Assembly: GCA_951406725.2 (NCBI GenBank)
Contig: OX597828.1
Location: 30,876,001 to 30,940,000 of the forward strand
Length of the DNA stretch: 64,000 nt
Direction: 5' to 3'
Source of the DNA: Octopus vulgaris
Lineage: Eukaryota
The notes beneath the pieces were generated by a model that saw only the letters and a program-made list of their open reading frames with translations, made no database searches and was not told where the DNA came from. Below, piece after piece: positions 27,272 to 40,372 of the stretch. Position numbers and translations under genes: made by a program. Every line of letters begins with the position of its first letter. Position 1 is the first letter of the stretch.

Positions 27272-27563
27272 TAAATTAGAGATAAAACCACTATTAGTCA
27301 AACCAAACAGTGAAAAACATAATCCAAAACAGAGATAAAATTAATTAATATAATATACAAAATATATAAAATATAAAATTCAAAATTTAAATTATTTAAA
27401 TTTAAAGTTAAAAATTTTAAATAATTAATTTATATTTATAAATTTATATATATATATATTTATTTATTTTTGTTGTTATTTATTTATTTAAAAAAAAATT
27501 ATTTTATCAAATATATATAACTATCAAAAAGTATTAAAAAGTTTAATATAAGATAAAATGTAA

Positions 27564-27640
<77 letters not shown>

Positions 27641-28136
27641 TATGTGTGTGTGTATGAGCAGCACGAAATTTCTTTAACTTAATTGTTTCCTAATTCAAGT
27701 CATTCGGATATTTGATACGATATGAACTTTATGAAATTGGTACTTGTTGCTCTCATGTAACATGAGTCTCAAAAAGAAACTTGAAAAAGTAAAAGATTGT
27801 GCAATCTTGCGCATGTCGATACCTACATTAAGACATTCATCTTCGTGAAGCGCGTTAGGTTGGAGTATGTCTATTTGTTGTATTATCTAGGGACGGAGCA
27901 TATTTACACAGATGAATTCCTGGAGGATAAATTTTGCAAAAAGATTCACATAATTACGTTGCTTGCATATAGTATGTGGCTAAGTTGTGATTCCGCCATT
28001 TGAACTATTCGGGATTCAATAATCATAATGTTTCCATATTAATATTTTTGTCTGATACATGGTCAACTCATAACTGACGCTCCTGGACAAACATATTTTA
28101 AGAGCATGCTCAATATGATTAGAATATGAGGCTTTG

Positions 28137-28330
28137 AATTGGCAAAATCGTTACTACGCTGCGCAAAACGCTTACCCGTGTTTCGTCCATTTTTGCGTTC
28201 ATCGTTTCGACTATGTCTTTAATTCTCTCGCAGTCGATAAAATAAGTACTAGTTGAGCACGGCGGTCGATGTAATCGACTTAACCCTCCCCCAAAATTGC
28301 TGGGCGTGTGCAAATATTTGAAACCAATAT
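28137..28330 (+). mobile_element. SINE family 1, old diverged copy
   Basis: TGGCAAAATCGTTA head, GTCGATAAAATAAGTACTAG core, GTCGATGTAATCGACTTAA. Confidence 0.7.
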
Positions 28331-29147
28331 TGCTAGTAGCCTGTAACGCAAGTAACAAAGCATATGAATGTGGTAATGAATGTCGTACTACTGGAAAGCA
28401 GAATATTAGCAATCAAAGACGCTGGACAAAAGAATCTACGAGAAAGAATACAAAATGTTGCATTAAACAACTTTCTTAACGATGAAGTAGAAGCGCATTA
28501 TTGTCTGGTGTGTCAGCTTAAAAATGACACAATGCCAGAATAAAATACAGACAAGGAATAACGTTAAATATTATTCAATGTGTTCGCAACACTTAGTGAA
28601 AAAGAATATATAATGATAAAAAATGACGATGCAAATTGCTGGCTTGAAACATGCTTTAACCGAAAGCAATCATGAGAATATAACGGTTAAATTAAAGAGC
28701 TGCAACTGTGATAACTCTTTGGTTTGTCTTTCGATATCAGAAGCTAAAAGACACAAGACAACCTGATGCAAGATTTTAGAAACAATCGACAGGTATACAG
28801 ACCGTTTAACAATACTGAAAATATATTAACTATATAAACTACAATGAAGGGTGAGAGCTGGACTTGAAATGTTTGTATCTGTACTGGGCAGTAAAACTGT
28901 TTTTATAGACGCATAAGTGGGTTATCTTGTGTCATCTTGTATCATCTCCAACCATGATCAATAAAATTCAACATTACGATATTTATCATGCATACATACT
29001 TATGTGCACACACACTGAGCCACATACTTGCGCATAAACAAGCAGGAAAAAACACGAGTAAGCGCGAGTAACGGAATGAGCAAGCGACTATAGAAAAGGT
29101 GGCAATACGCAATATAAAGTTTAGGAAAAATAAAGAAGTAAATGAGA

Positions 29148-29392
29148 TTTTTATGATGGTATTTTAACAAAATCAGCGCTTTCATACATAGTGTACTCAT
29201 CAGATTTCAAACGTGTTTAACTTACAGTTGAGTTCTTGACGACCATAATACCTCTTAGAACGCTCCAACAAGCTGAGTTTTTGGTCGAACCGCATGCGCT
29301 TATAGAAATCAACTTACAGTTAAACACGTTTGGAATCTCATTAGTACACTATGTTATAAAGTGCTAATTTTGCTAACATTCCACAATAAAAA
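29148..29392. mobile_element. Mini foldback element with inverted minimal hammerheads
   Basis: ~90-bp inverted arms; 29170-29207(-) AAAT CTGATGA GTAC-ACTAT-GTAT GAAA GCGC TG ATTT; 29333-29370(+) GAAT CTCATTA GTACACTATGTTAT AAA GTGC TA ATTT. Confidence 0.75.
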
Positions 29393-29595
29393 ACTGTATG
29401 CAAAAATCTTTGAAACTCTTACAGTTCTGCTGAGTTTTTTGTGCATGGCATGGTTACTCTTCGCAAATGTTTAATATAATGCCACCTGGGATGAAAAAGA
29501 ATGCTTAAGTTGTAAATTCTACACCGCTGAAAACATATTAAGACCCTTAGATCATACATTTTGGAAATTGAAGGTATCTATTTACTTCCTGCATG

Positions 29596-29633
<38 letters not shown>

Positions 29634-29652
29634 AATAATATATTAATAATAC

Positions 29653-30047
29653 GTGGCGAGCTGGCAGAAACGTTAGCACGCCGTGAAAAATGCTTAGCGG
29701 TATTTTCTCTGTCGTTACTTTCTGAGTTAAAATTCCGACGAGGTCCACTTTGCCTTTCATCCTTTCTGGGGCGTATAAATAAGAACCAGTTATGCACTGA
29801 GGTCGATATAATCGACTTAATCCGTTTCTCTGTCCTTGTTTGTCCTCTCTGTGTTTAGCCCCTTGTGGGTAGTAAAAAAATAGGTATTTCGTCTGTCTTT
29901 ACTTTCTGAGTTCAAATTTCACGAAGGTCGACTTTGTCTTTCATCCTTTCGAGGTCGATAATTACCAGTCGCGTACTGGGGTCTATCTAATCGACTGACT
30001 GTCTCTTCCAAGATTTCAGAGGCCTTGTACCAGGAGTAGAAATTAAT
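29653..30047 (+). mobile_element. SINE family 1, dimeric/composite copy
   Basis: Same organisation as 186-565; junction AAAATA|GGTATTTCGTCTG at ~29883. Confidence 0.85.
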
Positions 30048-30741
30048 ATACTGCAGCCTAAATAAAAAAGCATATATATACATATATATATAGAGAGAGA
30101 GAGAAAGAGGGAGAGAGAGAGAGAGAAGGAGAGAGAGAGAGAGGGAGAGAAAGATACTGCACACACATAAACACACACAACACACACACATATATATCTC
30201 GATATACTTAGATATCTAGTGAATTGAGAATATCGCTATCTAAATTCCACGCACGTGGCAGTTTTATGTGCATATAGATAAAATATTTTATGACTATGTG
30301 TAAAGCTACAGTAACAGTTTCATTTGTATAACTAAAAGTAACTAAAAGAGTAAATTCTATTTAATTTACTCTGGTAATAATGAGAAGAGAAACAATCTCA
30401 TGGCGCTATGTTGAGCATTTGCTACTAAGTGAAAGATTAACGAATTGCTGCAAACGGAAATAAACACAATATATATATAATCGAGAAACAGACTAAATAC
30501 TTAAACCATTAATTTCCGTGCTTTTAATTTTTGACTAAAACTCGCAGCAGGAATTTAATGAATGTTTAAGCCTGCAAAGCTTTAGATTAAATCAAGTTCA
30601 CTTGTTCAGATACTTGAAAAGATCGAGTGGATTTGCATTTATATTAACTCGGCAAGCTTTCCAGTCCTATTCCCATGTAAAAATATGAAAATTTCCATTA
30701 TTTCATGCATTAGATGTTATGTTTCTGAATTCTATATAGCA

Positions 30742-30862
<121 letters not shown>

Positions 30863-31268
30863 GGCGCAGGAGTGGCTGTGTGGTAAGTAGCTTGCTAACC
30901 AACCACATGGTTCCGGGTTGAGTCCCACTGCGTGGCATCTTGGGCAAGTGTCTTCTGCTATAGCCCCGGGCCGACCAATGCCTTGTGAGTGGATTTGGTA
31001 GACGGAAACTGAAAGAAGCCTGTCGTATATATGTATGTATTTATATATATGTGTGTGTGTATGTGTTTGTGTTTGTCTCCCTAGCATTGCTTGACAACCG
31101 ATGCCGGTGTGTTTATGTCCCCGTCACTTAGCGGTTCGGCAAAAGAGATCGATAGAATAAGTACTGGGCTTACAAAGAATAAGTCCCGGGGTCGATTTGC
31201 TCGACTAAAGGCGGTGCTCCAGCATGGCCGCAGTCAAAATGACTGAAACAAGTAAAAGAGTAAAAGAG
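30863..31268 (+). mobile_element. tRNA-derived SINE family 2, full length
   Basis: A box TGGCTGTGTGG, B-box-like GGTTGAGTCCC, CORE-like TTGGGCAAGTGTCTT, internal (TA)/(TG) tract, (GTAAAAGA)n tail. Confidence 0.9.
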
Positions 31269-31331
31269 TATATATATATATATATGGCAAATGAAAGACG
31301 GAAGATGTAAACCATTCGTTTTATTATCCAT

Positions 31332-31407
<76 letters not shown>

Positions 31408-31518
31408 TATATATTGATATATATGTATACATATATACAGTTTATAGGTTAGAGACATGTTTTGACTATGTAGAACACACTTGGAAGTGCTCAAGAGATT
31501 GAAATTGAAACGATAAAT

Positions 31519-31808
31519 GAGTAAATGTAATGAGAAACAGGTTAGGAAAGTCGATTACCGTAGAATATTACAATACGGTTAATATAAAAATAAACCCGTG
31601 TATGGATATAAAATAGTCAGACTCACAGGATATAAAATTCTCAAATGTAGCTGTTGGACTCATAAAACACTACATATTTAAATGCTGATATCATTTATAT
31701 TCTGTAACTCAGACTATTTTATATTCTTATACATGTTTATCTTTTCTATTAAAATATTTAATATTCTTTGGAAAGCGACTTACCTAACTTGCATCTAGTT
31801 ACATTTAT

Positions 31809-31810
<2 letters not shown>
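31519..31810. repeat. ~290-bp imperfect inverted repeat (foldback)
   Basis: GTTAGGAAAGTCGATTACC / GGAAAGCGACTTACCTAAC and ATATAAAATAGTCAGA / TCAGACTATTTTATAT pair symmetrically about ~31665. Confidence 0.8.
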
Positions 31811-31841
<31 letters not shown>

Positions 31842-33014
31842 TTATATATTTATAAGTCTGTTTGTATGTGTGTGTTTGCAGATACATGTACATATAATTA
31901 TATATTGACACACACACACAATCATACACATACAGACACCCACTCATATGAACATTATCGATTGCACATATATAGCGCATATATTTCCTTTAAAAAACCA
32001 ATTTTCTGCGCGATAGTGTCCTGGGAAAGCTCCCTACGAGATGCTACGTATTAACGAACAATACGCTCGGAAAATAGCGACGCTAATATTTTTTCAATAT
32101 TGTTTGTTTCTGAATACCATGTACTCCCATTCCCAAGAGGGGAAATGCATCATTGGTCTAGGACTTATTAGCAAATAGAATGGCGTGTAATTTTATGAAT
32201 TGTTGTGACGTAGCATGTGTGAAAAGGAGTAGATATCTATCGTTTTCGAGCACTTCTTCACGAGCTATCACGCTTGGTGTAGAAGACTCAATGTTCTATA
32301 ACATTCGGCATCGTGAGGATAGTTTTCCGCAGGATGCTATCCCACTGGAAATTGGGTGTTTGTGTACCCACTAAAATGTTTAATTAATCCTTGTGTTTGT
32401 AATAATAACAATTACCAATTGTATTTACTTATATTTCCTTAGGTTTACTTACATACTGAATCATCTACAAACACACTCTCATGCAAGCAATTTTGGCTGA
32501 AATTTACTTAAGATACTACGAAATTGCTCTACTTGCACCAATTCCCCTGTCGTGATTAACAATTCGCGATACCGATAGACTATACAAATAGTATATCTAA
32601 TGAAATATATAAAACACATAAATTGTGTGCATTTTGCTTCTTTTTGATGTGTTACAATATATATATGTGTGTTTGTTTGTGTGTGTGTGCGTGTGTGTGT
32701 GTATGTATGTGCGTGCATACGTGTGTGTGTGTGTATATATTCATATAGGTATTGTAACTACACTTATGCATGTATATAGATTGGTTTTAAATTCAGAAGA
32801 GCACTCATCGTTTTCTGAATACCGTATTTGATGGCGATAAAACGCATGAGTGCGTAGAAAAAATATCCTCGAATAATGGAACTGTAACTAGAATATATTT
32901 ATATATTTTATTTCTACTTACATTCTCTTATTTCCCTCTATATTCCCTATCTCCTCCCTTTCCACAATAATTTCTTATTTCCAAATCAAATATTTAACTC
33001 TATTTAGCCATTAA

Positions 33015-35275
33015 TTCTTGAAAAATTTTTAAAAATTTTCATCAAAATTTTGAAAATATTCATCAAAATTGCTGAAAATTGTTCTCAGAATTTTTACCAA
33101 TATTATGCCATCAATTCTTTAAAAGTTTTTTAAAATGTTCATCAAAATTTTGGAAATGTTTTTTAAAAATGTTCATCAAAATTTTTCAATACTTTTTGAA
33201 TACTTTCATCAAAATTTATGAAAAGTTTTTTGAAAATTTTGATCAAAATTGCTGAAAATTCTTCTGAAAGTATTCATCAAAATTTTTCAAAAGTTTTTGG
33301 AAAATTTTTCTGAAAATTTTAAAGATTTTGGAAAGTTTTTTTGAAAGTTTTCATCAAAATTCTTGAAATATTTTTGAAAATTTTCATCAAAATTTTTCGA
33401 AAATTTTCACCGAAAATTTTGCCCAAAAATTTTTAGAAAATTTTCCCAAAAAAATTTTTACGAAAATTTTCCCCGAAAATTTTCCCGAAAAATTTTTCGA
33501 AAATTTTCACCGAAAATATTCTAGAAAAGTTTTTTTAAGATTTTCACTGAAAATTTTGCCCAAAAATATTTAGAAAATTTTACCAAAAAATTTTTAGAAA
33601 GTTTGCCCAAAAAATTTTACGAGAATTTTAACCTAAAATTTTCCACCAAACTTTTTCGAAAATTTTCACCGAAAATATTCTAGAAAAGTTTTTATAAAAT
33701 TTTCACTCAAAATTTTGCCCAAAAATATTTCGAAAATTTTACAAAAAAATTTTTGAAAAATTTTTGCGAAAATTTTTTTCGAAAATTTTCACCGAAAATT
33801 TTGCTCAAAAAAAATTCGAAAATTTCACACAAAAATATTTTGAAAATTTTCCCAAAACTTTTTCGAAAATTATCACCGAAAATGTTCCCAAAAATTTTTG
33901 ACCGATTTTGGCACTCCATACTTTGGGATTTTGACACAGCTGGCCTTCTATACTTTGTGATTTAGGCACCGCTGGTCTTCCATAATTTTCTCCAAAAATT
34001 TTTCGAAAATTTTCACCGAAAATTTTCCCCAAAAATTTTTTCCAAATTTTCACCGAAAATTTTTGCCAAAAATATTTCGAAAATTATCACCGAAAATGTT
34101 CACCAAAAATTTTCGAAAATTTTCAGCGAAAATTATCCCCAAAATTTTTCGAAAATTTTAACCAAAAATTTTTTGAAAATTTTCACCGAAAATTTTCCCC
34201 AAAAATGTTTGGAAAATTTACAGCGAAATTTTCTGGAAAAATTTCTCCAAAATTTTCACCAAAAATTTTCCCCAAAAATTTTTCCAAAATTTTCACCGAA
34301 AATTTTGCCCAAAAATTTTTGGAAAATTTTCACCGAAAATTTTAACCAAAGCTTTTTCGAAAATTTTCAGCGAAAATTTTCCGCAAGAATTTGTCGAAAA
34401 TTTTCAGGGAAAATTTTCGCCAAAAATTTTTTGAAAATTTTAACCGAAAATTTTCCCCAAAAATTTTTCGAAAATTTTGACCGAATATTTTCCCCAAAAA
34501 TTTTTCGAAAATATTCACCGAAAATTTTACCCAAAAATTTTCTCGAAAAATTTCTCAAAATTTTCACCAAAAATTTTCCCAAAATTTTCACGGAAAATTT
34601 TGCCCAAAAATTTTTCGAAAATTTTCAGTGAAAATTTTCGCCAAAATAGTTTTTCGAAAATTTTCGCCAAAAATTTTCCCAAAATTTTCACGGAAAATTT
34701 TTCCCAAAATTTTCACGGAAAATCTTGCCCAAAAATTTTTCGAAAATTTTCACCGAAAATTTTCACCAAAAATTTTCGAAAATTTTTAGCGAAAATTTTC
34801 ACCAAAAATTTTTCAAAAATTTTCAGGGAAAATTTTTTCGAAAATTTTCCACAAAAATTTTCCCAAAAAATTTTTGACCGATTTTGGCACCGCTGGCCTT
34901 CCATACTTTGTGATTGTGGCACCGCTGACAATGCATACTTTGTGATTTAGGCACCGGTGGTCTTCCATAATTTTTTCCCAAAAATTTTTTGAAAACTTTC
35001 ACCGAAAATTTTGGAGAAAAATTTCTCCAAAATTTTCACCAAAATTTTCCCCAAAAATTTTTTGAAAATTTTCACTGAAAATTTTCCACCAAAATTTATC
35101 CAAAATTTTCATCGAAAATTTTACCCAAAAATTTTTTAGAAAATTTTCCCCAAAAATGTTTAGAAAATTTTCCCAAAAAATTTTTCGAAAATTTCCGCCG
35201 AAAATTTTCCAAAAAATTTTTTAGAAAATTTTCGAAAATTTTTCCAAAATTTTCACCGAAACTTTTCCCAAAAAT
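33015..35275. repeat. Satellite of 11-13-bp palindromic GAAAATTTTC-type units with higher-order structure
   Basis: Directly visible; two GC-richer islands at ~33900-33985 and ~34876-34970, 976 bp apart. Confidence 0.95.
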
Positions 35276-35712
35276 CGAGAAGCATTAGCCGTTCGGGATG
35301 AGCTCTACAGGTACGGTTCGAGACACATCGGACCGACTTGCTGGAGATGCGGTCAGCGTGACGATACCGTTTTGCATGCACTCGTGCAATGTCCAGCCAT
35401 TTCGGACCTGTGGGCCGAACCGCTGCTGTCAGCCGAGTCCGCCTTTCTACCGCGTCTATCGTGAAAATTGCTCCGCCACCTTGCCTTAACTCGGAAGGCA
35501 AGTCAGTCTTCATCGTACTGGTGGCCATGGTGAATGAATGTGTGTGGTGGACTCGAGCGAAAGGTTTAGAGACAAACAACTCGGAAGGCAAGTCAGTCTT
35601 CATCGTACTGGTGGCCATGGTGAATGAATGTGTGTGGTGGACTCGAGCGAAAGGTTTAGAGACAAACAACTCTCTGGCGAAGCGCTCATCAGCATTTTCA
35701 AGTTCCACTTCA
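35276..35712 (+). pseudogene. L1/Tx1-like LINE ORF2 C-terminal (zf-RVT-like CCHC) fragment
   Basis: REALAVRDELYRYG...TCWRCGQRDDTVLHALVQCPAISDLW then, after a frameshift, ...ECVWWTR...SGEALISIFKFH; contains a perfect 90-bp tandem duplication. Confidence 0.75.
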
Positions 35713-36166
35713 TATAGACCAAATCCATATAGACGAATGAATTCGTATATTCCATCCAAGGTTACCACGTGTGTGACAAAATAATCCCACAGAAAGAGCA
35801 CTGTGGTTTGTTATAAGGGAATGAGTTCTTTATAATTCTAACCCAGAAACGCGTCCACAACTGACCGATGACTGTTTGATTTCGTTAATTCCCCTTCTTT
35901 TTACATATGTGAGTTACAGTAAATGCTATATGTGGAGCTATATTGGTAGTAAATAGGAATAAGCGGTTTTTGACTGCTATTTCTAAATTTTCGGTATGTA
36001 GCTAAGCAACCTTTTGCTTAACCCAATATATATATATATATATAGACTAAAAATAAGGGTGTCTAAGAGACACCCATATACACCCTTATTTTTAGTCGTA
36101 AAAAAATTATTACCTTTGTACGGTATTGATTCCCATGCTGGCCACTTGATAATATCGATATTATCC

Positions 36167-36213
<47 letters not shown>

Positions 36214-36244
36214 CATTGATATATATATATATATATATATGCAT

Positions 36245-36307
<63 letters not shown>

Positions 36308-36312
36308 CATTG

Positions 36313-36339
<27 letters not shown>

Positions 36340-36343
<4 letters not shown>

Positions 36344-36830
36344 TCCGCTGGATGGTCGTGAGTCCAAAGATAGCTTAATCAAAATTAATTAACATTGTTG
36401 TCAAGGGATCCCATGTTGAGTTGCAGGATATTCGATAGAAAGTGCGTGGAAAGCATATAAATTGAGAAAAAAAGCATATTACTGAAGAAGTAACATACGG
36501 GAGTGGTTAAATTAAAAGAGTAGGAATATGAAAAGCGAATGGAGGGGGGACCTATGAGGGGAATGTTGATACTATTGAAGCCAGCTTGGGGAATAAATGG
36601 GAGTTGAGGCTGGAGTCATTTACGGGTCTATTTTTTAGTAAATAATTAAATATGTTAAGGTAACCTGAAAATGCATTTAGGTAGAGACAAAGACTAAGAA
36701 GTTATAGGAGTGGTGTCAGATTAAGAAATTATTTGGAGCGGGAAGAAGAGGAACGCGGGAGACAATTTTTCTAGTAATTTATAACAAGAATGCACACACC
36801 AACTCGCAGGTGTGTCATTGTGCACCAGTT
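36340..36830 (-). mobile_element. Possible very degenerate PLE (Neptune/Poseidon-like) endonuclease-linker relic
   Basis: Only scattered weak similarity (SDTTP..., AFR.P-like, TSSVI) on the minus strand; abuts (TA)n. Confidence 0.25.
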
Positions 36831-37388
36831 CTGTATGAGGTTGTTCAAATAATGTAATGTTTTTGATATTGTTAAATGTGATGGAGAAGACGGACCGTCT
36901 ACTACTCTAGAGTGCTCTAACTACTTAAATCATTGGCATTATTTTTAATTCCGTGTAATGATGTAAGATACGATTTAACTATACATTTGAAATATCGAAC
37001 GTAAAGAGGCGGATGTACGCAACTAAGATGCATTATAAAAATCTTGGAACATATGCATCAACTTCATGGACTCCTTCTATGTGACTAGATGTTTTAGCAC
37101 TAACATCGCAAAATAATATTAAAGTTGTTTTATACCGTGAGATGAATATGGTTTATGGACTGAATATTGATGCACATTGAGATACTTAAACATTTCTCAC
37201 AAAAATACCATAACGAATAATACATTCTTTTGGCCACTGTGTATTGTGTATGTATCTGTAACTTATCTTTAACTTACCCTGACCTTTTCTTCTTCCTTTT
37301 GTATTTCAGCTAATATTTATAGACTCTCACATACGATTAATACATATACAAATACATACACACACGCACAAACACACACACACATATG

Positions 37389-37447
<59 letters not shown>

Positions 37448-37794
37448 GCACATATACACATATAAATATCTAGAGAGGCATGAACTTATTCTGGAAATCT
37501 CATGCAATATTTTATACATACCTTCACAAACTATATTACACAATAATATACTAAAGAAATATTGTCTACGAGGCTTCCATAGTGTGGTATATTTCCTATG
37601 CATTATGTTATTTATATTCTTCACTTTCAATTAAGTATATACACTTTTATGGTTTTACCAAATAACGCTTTTATGATGAACAATGTCTCATAATAAATCC
37701 AGTGAGCTACGGTGAGATATAGTCGTTGCGAAACCATATTTAAATATATGAATTGTTACACCAAATCAATTTCTCAATGTTGTATTTTGTCTGC

Positions 37795-37872
<78 letters not shown>

Positions 37873-38160
37873 CTGTAACGAATGTAGTGTTAAAGGGAAA
37901 ATATACTATAATCTACTACCAATGACTATGAAATTATGAAATCTGTTCTTTCCTATTCGCCGAATACATGCATCAGATTTGGGTACGCGTTACTTTGAGA
38001 ACATAAGCAGTTATATTTAACAGCCATGAAGTTTCTTGTTGTCTCCAATTGCGCGGTACCTTATATGCATGGCCACACACACTCATACAAAGACACAGAC
38101 ACAGACAAACACACAATTCTCTCTCGCACGCACGAACAGAGCTACATGCAGACCCCACGC

Positions 38161-38200
<40 letters not shown>

Positions 38201-38225
38201 GTATTTATTGTGATATCTATCTATC

Positions 38226-38307
<82 letters not shown>

Positions 38308-38389
38308 GGTCCCGGGTTGAGTCGGGGTTAACCACAGTAAATAAGGTACTCAATACATAGCAGAGTAAATTAATTTATTTTATAGAAGG

Positions 38390-38440
38390 AGCTTCTACAG
38401 GACTAGAACTGTTTCATTCAAAAGAAATCATCAGGAAGCT
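38390..38440 (-). ncRNA. Type I hammerhead ribozyme (left arm)
   Basis: Exact reverse complement of 41926-41976. Confidence 0.85.
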
Positions 38441-38660
38441 TTGTGTCAAGAATAGTTTTGGCATTTATACATTAGGCAGATTTAAAGGGGGGGCATTTTT
38501 GGGGGTAGGCATGACGCAAACTGTCTTTCTTAGGGGAGTGGTCAAAAGAATCAGTGATAAAGTAGATAAATGAATAAATAGAATAATAGAATAATAGAAT
38601 AGAGTTTTAGGTAAATAAGAAGACTATATGCAAGCACACGCACACACATATCTACATACA

Positions 38661-39263
38661 TTCCCCACCCAACATAAGTACTATGCAATCCTTAATAAGA
38701 ACACCATTAGACTCTCCTACTCCACCACACCCAATCTAGCCGGGAACCTAGCCAACAATAACGTAAAAAAACTTAATAAATCTACTTTTTCCGAAGCCCA
38801 TCCAACATCCAAAAGCAATTGCAACTGCCCTGATAAAACCACTTGCCCCCTCAACAACAACTGCCTACAGAAGGACCTCGTCTACATATGCGAGGTACGA
38901 TCAGGCCCCGATGATAAAAGAAAATCGTACATCGGAATGACGTCAAATAGCTTTAAGACTCGCTGGTACGCCCACACACACACGTTCCGGCGACCTGACA
39001 AGTCTAACCAGACTACTCTCGCCGCCCACATCTGGTACCTTAAAAGGAACTCCATCCCCTTCAAGATCAAGTGGAGACTACTACAGAGGGCGCATTCGTA
39101 CACAGGAGGCCATACCTGCTGTGACCTTTGCATTTCTGAGAGCCTGGAGATCTTGTTCGCCAAAGGCCCTCTCCTCAACAAGATCTCGGAACACTCCCCA
39201 AATTGTATGCACAAAATTTATGCAAACTACAAAAACTACAGACCCACCCGGCAACCCGATTGA
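38661..39263 (+). CDS. C-terminal fragment of PLE polyprotein: CxCx5C linker plus GIY-YIG endonuclease with CCHH motif (open frame, RT missing)
   Basis: FPTQHKYYAILNKNTIRLSYS...CNCPDKTTCPL...LVYICEV...SYIGMT...FKTRWYAH...HIWYLK...CDLCISE...LLN...CMH. The ATG at 38628 comes from the inverted arm, not the native gene. Confidence 0.9.
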   Translation, partial: FPTQHKYYAILNKNTIRLSYSTTPNLAGNLANNNVKKLNKSTFSEAHPTSKSNCNCPDKTTCPLNNNCLQKDLVYICEVRSGPDDKRKSYIGMTSNSFKTRWYAHTHTFRRPDKSNQTTLAAHIWYLKRNSIPFKIKWRLLQRAHSYTGGHTCCDLCISESLEILFAKGPLLNKISEHSPNCMHKIYANYKNYRPTRQPD

Positions 39264-39324
39264 CGACACCCCGCCCCCACCATCCCCTCAGCACCCCCAA
39301 TTACCTTCTCTCCTAAGACTACTC

Positions 39325-39797
39325 ACATATATATGGATGCTGGCATATGTGCGTGTGCGTACATATATGTATACGAGTGCATATACGTATTTGTATGTGA
39401 GTGTATGTGCCAAAGTGTATGTACATGTGTATGTGAAGGCGTGTATGCGTGTGATTGTGTATATGTGTACATGCTTATACATGTGTATATATATGTATGT
39501 GTATATATATATATATATCTCTTATTATAAAATATATATATATATATATATATACATATATATATGTATATATACGTGTGTATGTATATATATGTGTATA
39601 TGTATGTGTATGTATATGTACATATATGTATTTATGGATATATATGTATGTGTATGTATGTATGTATGTATATGAATGTGTGTATATGTAAATGTGTATA
39701 TGTGCATATATATGTGTGTATGTACAAGTGTATGAGTGTGTGTGTATACGAGTACATTTTACGTGCAGGTATATGCTTGTGTATATGTTTATGGGTG

Positions 39798-39846
<49 letters not shown>

Positions 39847-40322
39847 ATGGGTGTAAATATGAATATGCGTATATATGCGTGTACGTGTATTTACATTTGT
39901 ATATATCTTTAAATGTGTACATATATGTGTTTATGTGTATGTATGGATATATATATATATATGTACGCTTGTGTGTTTATGTATATGTATGTATGTATAT
40001 ATATGTGTATATGTATGTATATATATATATGTGTATTTATATATATGTGTATGTTTATATGTATGTATCTGTATGTATGTGTACATGTACGCGTATATGT
40101 ATGTGTGAGTATGGGTATTTGCACGTATATATATTTATTATTTGTGTATGCATGTATGTATATGTGTATAAGTATATGTATGTATGCCTGTATGTATTTA
40201 TGTATATATAATGCGCGTGTGTGTGTGTATGTGTATGCATGTGTATATACATATATATATATTTATGTATGCGTATGTGTATTGGTGTATATATGTGTAT
40301 ATATGTGTATATGTGTGTGTTC

Positions 40323-40372
<50 letters not shown>

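Noticed and set aside
30863-30940. tRNA gene
   Set aside because: The A/B boxes belong to a SINE head that continues into the SINE body and tail; no full cloverleaf.
33900-34970. ~32-bp GGCACCGCTGG... repeats as a CRISPR array
   Set aside because: Units are directly tandem and degenerate with no unique spacers, no cas genes are present, and the context is eukaryotic.
35670-35695. CTGATGA GCG-CTT-CGC on the minus strand
   Set aside because: No GAAA after the stem; the sequence is explained by the LINE coding frame on the plus strand.
35765-35865. Hairpin followed by GAAACGCGTC (half hammerhead)
   Set aside because: No acceptable CTGANGA; possibly a decayed PLE end but not supportable.
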